Shown piece after piece: positions 34,080-47,435 of a DNA stretch of 64,000 bases; within the stretch, counting starts at the first letter, position 1, and each line of letters begins with the position of its first letter. The notes below the pieces were generated by a model. The model was not told the DNA's origin. It ran no database searches and saw only the letters and a program-made list of their open reading frames with translations. This DNA is from Raillietiella orientalis (Eukaryota): assembly GCA_036172245.1 (NCBI GenBank), contig JAYWIR010000024.1, positions 1,426,001 through 1,490,000 of the forward strand, written 5' to 3'. The position numbers and the translations under genes were made by a program.

Positions 34080-36670
34080 CCTCCCGGTAATGACCCCGAT
34101 GGGACTGCCTGATGGCGAGCTGCAGGATCTCCAGCACTCCCTATCCATAGTGGAATTTAGAACCTCAGTTTGGATTGGTTTCTGTGTTTTTTCCCCTGAC
34201 CGTTTTTTTTTCCCCCTTCAACAGATGCCCTGGGGTCACTGGGTGCAAGGAGGAAGTTCATCCTGGTTCTTCTCGTGCGCTGTGCAATTCTCTCGAGCTC
34301 TCTCGGGATCATAGACGTGTCTAGAGGACGAAGAAATGTCCAACTGAGATCCCCAGTGCCAGTAGTCAATCAGAAAGACAAGCAACCCCTCTGCGGTTCC
34401 CGTAAGGAGAGGCTGCACCAACAGCCGGAAGCGAATCGTGAAGGGGAGGGCGCCAGTGGGTACTGCTTTGTACACGGGCAATATTATAGCCGAGGACGTT
34501 CGCGGAGGCGTAATTATTGATAGTTGAAAACATCTCAGTGAACGGAACGTTGCAGCTAAGGATGCTCATCGCATCAGCTTTCCGCCCAGCACTCCTCTGG
34601 GAGATGGAGTTTCTCATCCCGTCCGGCGGAGGCCAGGGGTCCGAAAGTCCACGAAGGAGAAGTCTTTTCCAGGATGCGGAAACTTGCTACAGATGTAGCG
34701 CAACTGCAGCACCACCGCCGACGGAAGAGTGGCTGGCTCTGGCAGGCTGTTCTGGGACTATTCGTCTGGAGCCGTTTTGGATCAGGACGCTTTCCTGGTT
34801 CGGCCTCAGTGCGCCCAGGACTCCATCGAAGGGGCAATTTCTTGCCACAGGAGGCAGGCGGCGTGAGTGGAGCATCCGGAGGAAAGCAGGTCCGTTGTCG
34901 GAAGCGCCACCGGAGACCCATCGGGCGAGGGTGCAAGGAGTCGGTGCGGCTCTGCGGAGTAACACCGCGCGCGAAAGAGAAAGCAGATAGTAGACTGTCG
35001 CAGACAATAGGGACCCAGCTTGCGCTCAGGGCTCTGATGACCTGTCGTAGGAAAGGTGATGCCTCGAGCTACAACGCAGGCTACTCGATCTGCAAGTCAC
35101 AAAGTTCTTTCCCCACGATGACAGGAACGGAAGGTCTTGAAATTTCAGTGGCTCCTCTTCCGGTATAATGACGAGATGGTCCATGTCAGTTCACGGAAGG
35201 AAAGACCAGGAAATATCTCTAGTACATGTTCCGGGAGATGAACTGAGGGTCATTCCGGGGTCTTCACGCATTCCCGATCTCTCTGGGCTGAAGAAAAAGG
35301 TTCCTTTGCAGCCTGTGCCAACAGCGCTGCGCTTCCGGCGGCCCCACTCCAAGATCGATCTTCCAGTAGTGTCGTCAGCCGACCACCTCTTCAGAAGAGC
35401 TGGCGTGCGGCGCACGAGATCCCTGCTCTAGAGAGAAACTTCGTGCCATCCAGCCTGTCCGGAGAATAAAAGAAAGATTGGCCGGGATGAGTGTGGGCAC
35501 CCCAGCTCCACTTTTCGAACGCGGCGGACGGGAATACAAGAATCCGAGTTGTTCTCGAGAGGAAACGGGAGCCAAGGTCCGTGCATCCATCCATCTGGCG
35601 TGCTCGTCCTGGGTCTCGTGTTGGAGTGTCGTAGTCCCGGGTCTGTTCGACGGCCGGAGCAGCAAGCGGCGGCGTTGAATGGAGAGCTGGTCAGAGAGAT
35701 CTCCTGTCGGAAGTTGAACTTCTCACTTCGATCGCTCATCCTCCCTGGGGTGCACAGATGGAGCTGTCCTCCTTGTCTCACAGGGTTGTTGATACTAGCC
35801 GAACCCTAGAGTGTCAGCAGCCCCCACGCTCGTCGTGATGCATAACGACTGCTCCCTTGGAAATGACGCGGCCTCCTGACGGAATCCCGACGAGAGTCGA
35901 GTGCAGCTGAGCAAAGAGCTCCCGCCCACTTATCCAGATGGGTGCTTTCGAACGGGGCGATGAGGCACGACATTACCCTTTTCCTGGTGCAAACTCGCCG
36001 TCGCGGTCTTTCTGGATGGCTTCCTTCAAAGCACGAACCAATCCTTTCAGCTTTGTTTTTGTTCCCCGAGTATCTCAAGAGCCGTCGCGCACCAGGCAGC
36101 TCACGCAGTTCTTTGACGCTGTTCCACGTCACCTGAGGGTGCGTGTAACTCTTCAGGATAGGGGAGTACCGCGGGAGACCTCCCTATGAAACCAGGAAGG
36201 GCTCGGAGTCCGTTCCTCTCACGTCTGGGGAGGGATCCCTGGAATGGCGATCACCTCCACCCTGGCTGTCTCCGAAGACAACCCGAAGGGAATCTCCTTC
36301 CCTATTCTCTCCGGAGGGACCCACGGAGGGTCGGCTCCATTTGTCTTCTACGGAGACACCCGGAAAGGTCCCGCTAGTAGGCATGTCTTCTCCGGAGAGA
36401 ATCCTAGGCTCCTTTGCGCAACCAGAGGGCACCCACTCCCTGATTCTTTTTCCTGGAAGGACCCAGAGCTCGACTCTCCGTTCCGGCCACTCATCGGGGC
36501 CATCCTGTTTGAACTGATACCAGTGCCGTACCCTAATGAATAGAGGCCAGCCAGCGTCATCTTGCAGGAGGAACTCAAACCCACGACGCACCCCCATCCC
36601 TCGGCGTAGATTCTCTCTGAGGATTCGAACCTGCAACGCTTGGTGGTGCCACGCGCGGAGACCGCATACA
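34080..36670 (-). mobile_element. 5' half of a decayed LINE: tRNA-like head (H7), ORF1-like region and APE-like ORF2 start
   Basis: Head at 36670-36070 runs into WNSVKELRELPGARRLLRY. About 1.5 kb later, ATG 34569 begins MSILSCNV...YNIARVQSSTH...GNRRGVACL, resembling the APE endonuclease N-terminus (I.S.NV, DI..LQETH, GVA.L). Many frameshifts. Confidence 0.6.
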
Positions 36671-39600
36671 CATGACCTCCGATGCAGGCCTTTGCACCGC
36701 CACTGGGGGGAGCTGGCAGCGTGGGCGCAGTCGTGGTGACCCGCCTAGAAAGGGAGATTCGAAGGAGACTTCCTTCAGGCCGCGGAGACAATCCATCTGT
36801 AAATGAAGATCAAGGAAGAGTGCAGGAATGTGGTCTGAAGAGTGCTCGACGGGAACAGGGAGTAGGTGACCTGCCAACTCGTTACCGCCGCTTCCTTTGC
36901 AGTTTTCAGGATCTCCCGGCACTGAAGTCCTGGCCATCCACAGCCTGGAACCTCATTCGTTCGCTTGCGATCTGTCTGCTTCGTTCCTTCTCTCCCATGC
37001 TCTACTGGAGCCTTTGCGATATGAGGGGTTCCAGGATCCCAGGAACGGTACCTCGCGCGTTCTCCGGCGTCCTCCAGAGTCTCGGCGCGTCCTGCAGGGA
37101 AAAAAGAAAATGCATGGGATGAAGAAAAGTCGATTCTTCCGTTGGAACTAGCGCTTGGCTGCCGACGGAGAAGGAGAGGAAGAGGAAAAGGAATGATCCC
37201 AGACACGGGGGGCTCTGACAGACGGAGCGGTGTTGGCTCTTGGTCTTGGGCCTTCCCAGAAGATACACTCTTTTCTCTCCTCCCCAACGAGGAGCAGCAG
37301 GTTTTATTTACTGCCGCGTGACGGAGACGCGTCTCCTCGGCAACCCAGAGGGAGGGAAACGCAGTGGCGAGGCGCCACCCTCCTGCCAGCGCGCTTCTCG
37401 GAAATGCTACCTCTGTTGGGGGTCGAAGGTAACATCTGGAAAGCATCCCTCAGTTTCCCTGGAACTCGAGGTCACGGAAAGGAGCGTGAGATTCCTGGAT
37501 CCAAGGAGGGATCTCCTGGACCACCGATTCTGGACCACGTAGGAGTCCCGGAGATCGCATCGAAAAGTGCGAAAGCTCCGCGTTGAGAAGGTTTCGCGGG
37601 AGGCTGTCTGGGCAGGGAAGAGTCTGAGAAGGGAAGAGGAAGATGGCTTGCCAGGATCTCCGTCTCTTTAAAAACGAGCCGGCGGCGTCAGGGACGCTTC
37701 GGAGGGAACAAGGGGAAGGGAGGAGCTGTCCCGTGGACCAGTGCAGCTGCATCCGCCGACTCTTCGGACGAAGTTCGCCCTTGGCCACCGAAGAGAGCAC
37801 GGAAGTCCAAGCCATCCGAGGCGAGAGAGGACTCTGCAGAGAAAGGGAAGCCGAGAGGATCAAAAGGACTTCCCCCAAAGCGGTCCAGAGCCTTTCGGGG
37901 AAGCTCGCAGAAGAGGAGGAGGACTGCAGGGATTGAACGCCGCGAGGAAGCTCTGCTAGTACACGAACTGTTCCGATTATCGGAAAAGGTTCGAGAAGCT
38001 GCGGGAGGGAAGAAAAAACTCCCAGGACGATGCCGAGGACACCGGTTCATCTGACGGGCAAACGCGACATCGCGCTGGATGGACCGTGGGAGAGAGATGC
38101 GACAGACAAGCGAACCAGCGGACTCGTGGGTTGAGGGAGTCCCCGCAAAAGAAACAGGAATTTGTGGACGGGGTTGATCCGACATGGACAGGTCGCATAT
38201 CTCCGGCGGAACCCAACCCTTTCAGGACGGAAGAGGTTGCGCCCAGCTACGCGCAAAGCGGAGGACACAGTGGGATCACGTGCGAAGGGTGGAATTCCGG
38301 AGGGAGGACCGAGAATTAACTGCGGTGTTGGTGCAAGCCGAATACCTGGGAGACTCCTTTGATCTCATCTCGCTGCCATCAGAGTCCACTAGGGCATTGG
38401 CCAGGTTGATGACTTCAATGGACACATTTGGAAAGTGAAAAGAATGCAAAGACAGCAAAGAGAGAGGTGGCTCTTCGCCACCTTTCCATCCGGCTTCCTC
38501 GGTGATCCAGGGGAAATCAAAAGTCCCCATTCCTCGGAGCGGTCTCAACCCTCTTTGCGCCCTTTGCTTCGAGGCCAAAAACGGACGCCAAGCGGGTGCG
38601 CTCCTCCCCGTCTGCTGAACCCCCATCTGAAGGTCGAGAACGACAACGCGAGGCAAGCGAAGGGATGTCTGGATCGACCGGGCAGGACTATCGACCGCCA
38701 CGCATCCACAGGTCACCCGAGGGCATGCCGAGTTCACCTGACGGGAGCCGGACGAACCTCGCTGGGTCCCGAAGCAGGAGGGGTGGAGTATTCGAGAGGC
38801 AGCATGCGCTGCGGTGAAGAGGAAGCTGATCGATTTGACCGATGGGACGGGAAAATTCAGCAGACGGATTGGGTGTTTCCCCAGGCGTTGGTAGCATCTG
38901 GACAGGGGGGAGCGAAGTCATCCCCGGCGTGAGTGGGATGGATCTCCGGGGAAGGAGAACCAAGAAACTGAAAGTCACCGTCTTGATGCAGTGGCGAAGG
39001 AGCTCACGGGGCAGATCAACTCCGGTCTCCACGGTAATCCGACGGCGCGAAGTGAGCGCGGTTCTCCCTCTTCGGAAAGCGCTTGGATCGAGGGCAGGTA
39101 GTGCCCCGCGCATAGCACGTGGCTACGCGACGGCAGTGCAGTGCAATACACACCCTGTTCATCAGTTTGTTGTAGTCACCGAGGCCCTCCGACCCCTTTC
39201 GTCTGTCCACCCTGGGAGGCTTCGCACCGCCGCCCTATGTGCGCGCGAGGCGGCGGTCCTCTTCTCCCTTTGGACAGCGTCTCCGCTCTCCACTGGTTCT
39301 TCATCTCCGCGTCCCAGATATGGCCGGTTCTGTTTCGAGAGCGGTTCTCGTGGCACCTGCACCGAGTTGCGCCCTGCGGGCGCGGCAGACAAGTGAACGC
39401 ATCACTCGGCAGCGCGCACTCATCCGTCTCGTCCGGAACGAGCGAGCGGCCATCGAGGGGGCACGGGCTGCACGGGCTAAGCGGAAACTTGGACCAGGAG
39501 GGCAATTCAAGAAAAATGGGCTCTCCGGGAGACCAAATTTGACTCTCATGGAGACGGAAAGCTGATGACAGTGGACGTCTGCTGCCCCGCACCCACCCAA

Positions 39601-40359
39601 TCTTCTGCCAGCACCGGAGGAGGCAACAGAAGTAAGATGGCTCCCCAAGTCATAGACAATGAAGTGACAGCGTCCTTCAGGAAGAGCTCTTGAGGTCTTC
39701 AGGGTCGTGGGATACAGAAAAAGTTCCAGGAGAAGGTAAAACCCCTCTCACGGCTGCGTCCGAGGACCAGTGACTGTTGGCGTGGCCGCTGCCAAGAACC
39801 GAGAGCTCGGACGCTGGCGCAAACCCAGCGGCACTCAGGAAACGGACCGCTTTCCCAAAACTCACAAGTTTCCCTCGGAACGGAACGAACCATGTGCTAC
39901 GCCCATCTACAGGGGACTCCCATTCTCAAAGGGGCACTAATCGGGCGTGCCCTGGCGACCCCCAGGTGCAGCCGAGGTGGAAGTGTCTCGCTGATAGAAG
40001 GTTCGATGAGGCAGGCAGCAGCGTCAAGAGCGATGACTGAGGGGCTGAGACCCCTTTGGATGTTTGGGAGAGGAGGTGCATTCCCCCCTCCCCCATCCTG
40101 ACTGCTCCCTCGGACTCGCGCGCTGCGATTTCAGCGTTTCTTGCATCATGGGGAATGGATGGACCCGTCCCGCTCTTCCAGCACAAACCCAGGGTCATCC
40201 AAAATGTGCCACCCTTTCCCGAGGCTCCCCGTTTGCTTCCCAGCAGTCTTGGTCTCTCTCCGCCCCTAGGCAGTTCCCGGATCCAAGAGGTCCCCGCTGC
40301 CGCTGCTCTCACGACGCAGGCGCTGACGGGTCCTGCCTTGGCGGCGGGGCGGGGCGCCA

Positions 40360-41140
40360 GTCCTGGCTGTTTTCGCAGCTCTTTCACACTGTTCCACGCC
40401 ACCCGAGGGTGAGTGTAGTTTTTCAAGATAGGGGGTACTCCGGGAGGGGACCTCCCTATGAATCCAGGAAAGGGCTCGGAGGCCGTTCCTCTCATGCTTG
40501 GAGAGGGAGCCCCGGAATGGAGATCACCTCCACCCTGGTTGTCTCCGAAGGAAAACCCCGAAGGGAATCTCCTTCCTTATTCTCTCTGAAGGGACCCCCT
40601 GGAGGAGTCCACTCCATTTTTTCTTCTCCGGAGGGAACCCGGAAGGGATTCACTATCAGGAATTTTTTCTCCTGAGGAAATCCTCAAGGGAACCGCTCCT
40701 GTTTGATCTTCCTCTGAAGAGAACCCCGAAGGGACTCTTCCGAAATTCAGCAGGGCGCTGCTTCTCCGAAGGAAGCGGCTCGCTTCCCTGCGCTCTCTGG
40801 AGAGGTGGCGACACACCTACTCCATCCGTTCGACGCGGAGGGTCCCCCCGGAATGAGGGGTCCTCTCCTTCACAGCCTGAGGGTAAGAACTCCCACTCTT
40901 TGATTCCTGGAAGGACGCGAAGGTGGACTCCCATTGTCTCGGCTCTCACCGGGGACATCCGGTTTCAACCGTCAGCAGTGCCGCACCCGGATGAATGGAA
41001 GCCAGTCAGCGTCATCTCGCAGGAGGAACTCGGAACCCGCGACGCACTGCGTCGATTCAATTGGGAATATTCGAACCCGCGACGCTTAGTGACGCGACGC
41101 GCGGAGACCTCAGCAGCCACAGAGCCTCTGACGCGGGCTC
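40360..41140 (-). mobile_element. tRNA-headed structured repeat, copy H8
   Basis: Starts GCCCGCGTCAGAGGC...GCGGGTTCGAAT. The monomer region is very similar to 57160-57540. Ends near ILKNYTHPRVAWNSVKELRKQPG. Confidence 0.85.
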
Positions 41141-44100
41141 CAGTCCTGGCTCGCCTTCTTCCGATGTGCCTCTTCCGGAGCCGCTGCTGGGCATTGGTGA
41201 GGGAGAGCGACATTACTTCCGGCATGAACTTAATTCCCCTTGGACCTGGATCTGATTTCGGCCTCGAGGTACCTTTTGTCTGGGTCTGGTCGGCTACCAA
41301 ACCCCATTGCTCCAGGTAGGGTGTCCCGCCATGATCCCTCTGCGGTCGCCTCCTAGTGACGACTAGCCTGTTGCGGATGCGGCGGACGGAGGCTCCCCAT
41401 TTTCCGCGTCTACTGAGCGCACAACGGCCCCGCAGGCGGCTCAGTCGCGCCGCACGCGTGAATCCACGAAGACGCCGCCCGCAAGCCGTGGAGTAGGGAA
41501 TGACCCGATGGTTGTCCCTTTTTCCAGGCGTCTTTCGAGAAGGGGTGCCCGTGCCGCCCTGCGTCGGAACGTTCGTGGGCCCGAATCTATTTTCTTCCCC
41601 ACGTGCTCCTCCGTCGCGCAGCCGCCAAGTGCTGCTTTGGTTGTTTCCTCTCCGATCATCCACCTCAGTCCTTGCGAACCGTGTCTTCCCACCGTCGAGA
41701 TGCTAGTGCGTGAATACGTCCGTCCCATCGTCCATGGGCAACCATCTCTGTCCGTCTTCTGGCGTGGCTCTTGTGCTGCCGTGCCCGGAGAGGTTCGCAG
41801 CCTTCAGTCGCGAAGCAATCGGCTCCCTTCGTGCAGATTGGGATCGACGTCCGGCGACTGAACACGCAAAATGTACTGAGAGCCAGAAGGAAGAGAAAGA
41901 CCGAGTCCTCTAAGAATGGACCGGTGATCCGACGGCCACCTGCAGAGTCGTCCTTTCCTTGAGGCGACAAGAGCCAGCAGAACAAGGCAGCGAGCGCGCG
42001 AACGCTGAGTCGCTCGGAAGGCCACCTGGAGCAGTTGAGATCGATGTTCTCGAATGATCGGCCGTGGGTGGAAACGACGTGACCGGCGTGATCGCCTTCA
42101 GCTCTCGCTCATATGCCACCGCTGCGGTCACAGACGGGGAACTCTTCGACGCGGAGAACTGTGGGGAACTTGTTCGGATGAGGAACAGGGAAACGAGTTG
42201 TGGGCGCGCGGCGCTGCGTGCATGCTTGAGATCTTCAAGGGAACAACGCGTCTGTGTGTCCCAACCCGACTCTGGAAGATGCAAGGGACGCAAGAACTCC
42301 ATGGACAGCTCCAGAGTTCGGATCAAACCAGAGCTTCTAATAGGAAGCTCTGGCTAGGATTCCCGAAGAAGTAAGAGCCGTCCAGTACGCAAAGACGAAA
42401 AGTGCCCACCCCTATGCAAGTGCCACCTCTATACTTTGCCATGGATATGGAATTACTGCCTATCGTCTACAAGAATCGTCCGAGTCGGCGTTCCTCCCCG
42501 CCTGTTCGGATATTTCGATTTCAACGCAGTATCTGAAAGAACACGAGGAATCACGTGTTTCTGAGGCTGCGCAGTGGTCTGATGGTGTTCCCGCCCAGTG
42601 CCTCCACATCGGAAATTGAGAACAGTCCTTTTTACAAAATAAGTCAGGCCTTCACGCCCTGGAATACCGGGCGCGATTTAATTTGAGATTGTAGAAATTT
42701 GCATGGAAATTTTTCCCTGGGGCTGAGCACTGAAGACAAAGTCGCGACAAGACTAGCTCGGTGTCTCCCAGACAAAGTCCAGCAGCTATCATCTTCCGGT
42801 GGAACCGAATTGCAGGAGGAAATGGCTGTTCGACGAAAGGGCAGACGCTCGAAGGGATCCTCGAATGCGCCTGCAAGAGGAGGAAAGGAAAAGGGAAGAA
42901 ACACCGCCAGAAAGAAAAGCTTTCCGCTGAAAACACGCGTCGGGTGCGTCTCCACAAGAAGGCTGTCAGCGCCATCGAGCGTCAACCGGACCGTGGCATC
43001 CGGCGCATGCACATCCCAGCGCTTGCCCGAGTGGTCTGCCCTCTGAACACCTTCCTGGATGCAACGGAGGACTTCCGTCAACTCCGGAAGCGGCACCCGA
43101 CAGCCGGCCGGAAGAAGCGACACGTGAAAACACAACGCCTGGGTTGGGTACCGGTGTGGTGGGCATCTGCGCCGCGCGCGGAGCAGGGCGCCACCGAGTT
43201 TGTCGCGAACTGAGGCTGGCGATTAGCGAAAGCTCCTTCGACGAAGGGCGGAGGCACCCAATCAGCCATGCTGCTGCACGGTCATTTCACCACCATCCCG
43301 CAGCTCGCTGCTGAGATCTTCTGGGGATGGGGGGGGGGGGGGGGGTCCAGACTGGTGGACTGCACGCTTCCAGATGCGAACGTGTGCACACACGCGTGCG
43401 TGCAGATGCACGCGCTACGCGTACGCATCGCGGCCTCGTTCCTCGACGGGCATTGATTTTTCTTTTTCTTTTTCCTCTTCCACATACTTACGTGCACACC
43501 GCACGCGTTCGTGAACTCATGGACCATTTGTCCCTGATGAAGGTCATAAATTTTAACAGGAGCAATCGACTAACGGCACGTACGGTGCGAAAGGCGCCGC
43601 GAACTTTTTCGAGTCGGCGGCGGTCCGCAAGTGGCTCGGGAGAGGAGGGATCTGAGATTGCAAAGAACTTCGACTGGGTTGCGGGATTCCCGCCCTTTCC
43701 CTCCACATTTCTGACCACAGGAAGGAGGTGGCAAGCCGTCAGGGATTCTGACTGCCTGCCCTTCGTGCTTCCCCCGTGGTACCAACGACGGCGATCGATC
43801 GAGCCGTCTTGTTCGGAAGCTCGGCCTTCGGCGCCACGGGGAAGGAAGAACTTGGCAGGAAGAACGCCTCAATCCAGCTACCGCGAGAGCACGGAGGCGT
43901 TCATCCCGCCAAGTGACCGCCATCCTCTGTGCAACGCTTGCTGCGACCCCGAGGCACCCACACATCATCATCTGGGTGTTCGCCGTCGTCCTCAGATTCA
44001 AGGGTTGCAGGTAACGTGGGACTTCTTACGGGCATCAATCAATCCGCAAGCATGGAAGAGAGCGGAATCCGTGAGCGCGCGTGGGGGGGTCGTTGCTCCA

Positions 44101-44772
44101 CGGGGGGGCTTGGCCACCCTGGCGGCGGGAAAAATGCCCCAAGTGCAAGTGTGCGTGTATTCGCGCTCGTTCCTTCCGCGCGCCGCCACGGAAGGGAGCG
44201 GTCGTGGCGGCAGCGAAAACGCCCGAAGACGCGCCCACGCAGGAGCTCGGGAGAGCGAGCGAGGAGGTTCGCCATCCGCGGAGGAACGCGAGGCTCGGCG
44301 CGCATCTGCCGCGCCGCCGCGCCGGTCGATAGCGCCGCGGCCTCTTTACGGCAGGGTTGGGCGGCCGCTTGGAGGCTCGGGCCGGGCTGGGCTTATTGCC
44401 GCCCCTCTTCGCCCTGTACAACCTCCGGCGAGTGGGTTCCACGCCTGCCGGGGGTTAGGGACCGCCCACGCGCGCGTTCCGTTCGCTGCTGGGGTACGCG
44501 TTGTGCGACCACTTCAAGGGGGCGCCGACGGAGGTCGCGATTCGCGCGCCGGGAAATAAAGGGCAGGGCACGAGAGGGGAGACTTTTCGTGGCGGCTGGA
44601 GAAGGGATGTTTTTTTTTTTTTTTTTTATTGCTTTACAATGTTTGTACAGTACAAGTGTAATTCGACTCCGTCAGGAAGAGACGTCGGCAAACATTGTGT
44701 GCACTTTGGACACGTTCGACTGATTAATTATTGCCTAATCAAACAGATTTGCAGTGCACCTGGAATGAGATG

Positions 44773-45865
44773 CAGTAGGTCCCCGTATAACCCGCGGGGT
44801 ATGTGTTCCGCGTTATAGGAGTCCGCTCTCCACGGACGGTGCTCAGACCTCCTATAACGCGGACTCGTATAACGCGACGGCAGAAACGGAAAGTCCCTGT
44901 CGAACGTACGCAATCACTGTGGACAAATTGCGATTGGCGCAGCGTCAGTTCAGCTGCTTCTGGAAAAGAAACAGCGATCGAAGAGGGTCGAATTCCTCTC
45001 CATTCACATTTTTCCTAACTAAACAGACGCATTTTTTTTCTTTTTTTTTTCCTTTTGCCAAAGGGCAAGAGACCGAGCATTTATCGGCATTTCCTTGGCG
45101 TGTTGCGGGTAGGTGAAAGGCTGCGGCGCGCCAAGGAAGAAACGTCCACCTTGAGGGATGATTTGCCCGCCTGCATGGATCATCCACCTGGAGTGAGCTC
45201 GTCCTCGAGATTTTCGGCCAACCGACCCCCGAAACTTGAAGGTGGTCAGGTGCTGCCGGCATCTTCCATTTCAAGGCACGTTTTTCCACAGCGAGGAGCG
45301 ACAGAGCGGAAGCCACAGAGGCGCTTAAACCGATTAAATGAGAGCTTCTTCTTTTTTTTTTTTTCAAGTTAAACGATAAATGAGCACTTTTGACCTTTTC
45401 CTTTTCTCTTGAGAGTGAAATGATACCCTTATGGTTCTTATTCCGAATCTTTTATACATGCTATCCATCTAAAACCCATAGGACTGGCATAACGCGGACT
45501 CGTAGAAACCGGGGCGTACTCCCGCGTTATATGGGAGTCCGTAAAATGCATCTTGAACGTCACAGCAGTGGAACACTTTGATTGTTTTACTCTAAGACAA
45601 AGAAGGTTAAAGCGTTTCTCGTGTAACTCGAAGTAAAAGGAAGCTTTCGGAGCTTCCTTTGCAGCTCGATGGATTTAAGCGCTCCTGCAGTTTCCTCCTT
45701 CCGCGCTATTCCGTTTTCGAAGATGCGAACGAGGTGGACTGCAGCCCTCGGAAATCACACGTGGGTCAACAGCTGGACCTGCGCTGCACGGTAAAGTTGA
45801 AATCCGTTCGTCCCCTGCGTGCTGTATGGGGCTGATTCGCCCGCCGCGTTATACGGGCCTCGCCG
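44773..45865. mobile_element. Remnants of pogo/Tigger-like MITE termini
   Basis: CAGTAGGTCCCCGTATAAC at 44773 and several TATAACGCGG / CCGCGTTATA motifs in both orientations (about 44808, 44853, 44868, 45489, 45522, 45844). Confidence 0.5.
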
Positions 45866-47096
45866 AGCAACGACGTTTCGTGGCACCTCAAAAGATCGAC
45901 GGTCTGCCTTCTTCTGCCTACGGATGCTTGGAACGATCCACTGGTGGACGCTGTAAACTTCGTGTAATTTGCAGCGTGCAATGCATTCGTTTTACAGGAT
46001 CGTGCGCTATTTTCCGCGGAAAGTACACTATTTCTAAGGCATTGTACGTTGCGTTTGGAGCACCTTACACATACAAAAAAAAAAATGAAGACAAAGGGAG
46101 GTGAAGAGAAACGAAGCGAAAGGCTGATGACGGAGGATTCCCGCGGGACGCAACCGAGGTCTTGCGAACCCAAAGCACGTCGCCGCGGCGTCGACCACAG
46201 GGGCCGCGGAGGAGGGAGGGCTGGCGGACGCAAAGGGAGCCTAATCCCTCCTCGAGTGAAGAGGATGCTTTTTCAGGGAGCACCCCTGGCTTCGTCTGCC
46301 ATCTGCCTGCAGCGGCAGAACCTCTGGAGGAAGTCGCGTGGTGCGCGCGCGGTCATCTCGGCGGGTGCTCCGAGAGGGCAATCCCCATCCCCCTCCCCTA
46401 CCCCTTTTATCCCAGCTGCCAAGAAGTGTTCTCCCGTCGAGGTGATCGGTTGGTCGCTCGCCTTACCTTCCCTGAGACGCTTCTCTCTTTCGCTTTTCGA
46501 GCCGTTCCTGGGATTCGTTCCCACCCCCCGACGCTTCGCCCGCATGCCACGATCGCGCTGCCAGGATGCCACTCCCCTCCTACAGCCACCGAGGAGCCGT
46601 GCGTCCTCCGAGCAGCCCCCCCTCCCTCTTTTTTTTTTCTTCCGTTTCTTTCCTGACGGGCTCCCAGTTAAGCGCACCGTCCACTCGCTGTCCGCCCTTC
46701 CGGCCGGAGTAATCCGCCCAACCTCCCTCGCGCGGCGGGCTGTCTGATTCTCCTTCCTCCCCCCCCCTCCTGGACAGAGGCCTCAGTCCCATAGGCTGCG
46801 CCGCCATCCCGTGTCCCTCCACCTTTCCCGGAGCAGTTCCGGGATACCGGGCAGCCGCAAGGTGACCGTTCGGAAGACCTTGGGAGATTCCCGGAAAGAG
46901 CTGGCTAGAGTTTGATGACGTGAATGCTCGCAGTACCAGCCTCGCATGGGAGGAACTCGGGCGAGACGCAGAGCCGCGATCGATCACAGCCTGGCGGTGT
47001 GACGCGCATCAAAATGGCGGATCCCTCCGTTCCGTCCGAGAACGCGAGTTGCCTTCTTTTTTGTTTTGCTTTTTGCCTTTTTCCGCCCAGCCGCGG

Positions 47097-47435
47097 GTGC
47101 AGGGCGCGCTCCGCATCCGGTCAACGCGCCCTCCTCTCCCTGGCGTCGCACTCACCCACCCTCGCCTTCCGGTCGTTTCGTTCTGGTACCGGTACCCCTG
47201 TGTGGAGGGAGGGGGGGAGAGAAGGGGGGTACATTCCTCACGAGATTGGGAGAGGTCATCTGGACCGCTGAAGAGCCTGTCGAGGCGTCCGGCAGTCTTC
47301 CGGAGAGCGGCCCACGGGCTTCTTTGAATCCCCCTGCCCTTCCTTCCGAGGGGAGGGAAAGACGGGACGAGGGTCGTTTCGGTGTGCAGCAGGCACCGGC
47401 ATTCTCTTTCCAGTCGCTCCGAAGGGGGCAGCTGT
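47097..47435 (-). repeat. Unclassified dispersed repeat, copy 1 (inverted partner at 49241-49745)
   Basis: LERECRCLLHTETTLVPSFPPL...ALRKTAGRLDRLFSGPDDLS nearly matches ORF 49114-49590; A-rich run after it. Confidence 0.85.

Noticed and set aside
40360..40400. Defined SINE 3' end at GAGCTGCGAAAA shared with 57540
   Set aside because: Both copies retain some family similarity beyond this point, so it is not a clean terminus.
43327..44559. Longest ORF (410 aa) as a protein-coding gene
   Set aside because: GC-rich, Arg/Ala/Gly/Pro-biased, begins in a G homopolymer, has overlapping ORFs in other frames and no recognisable motif. Likely a chance open frame.
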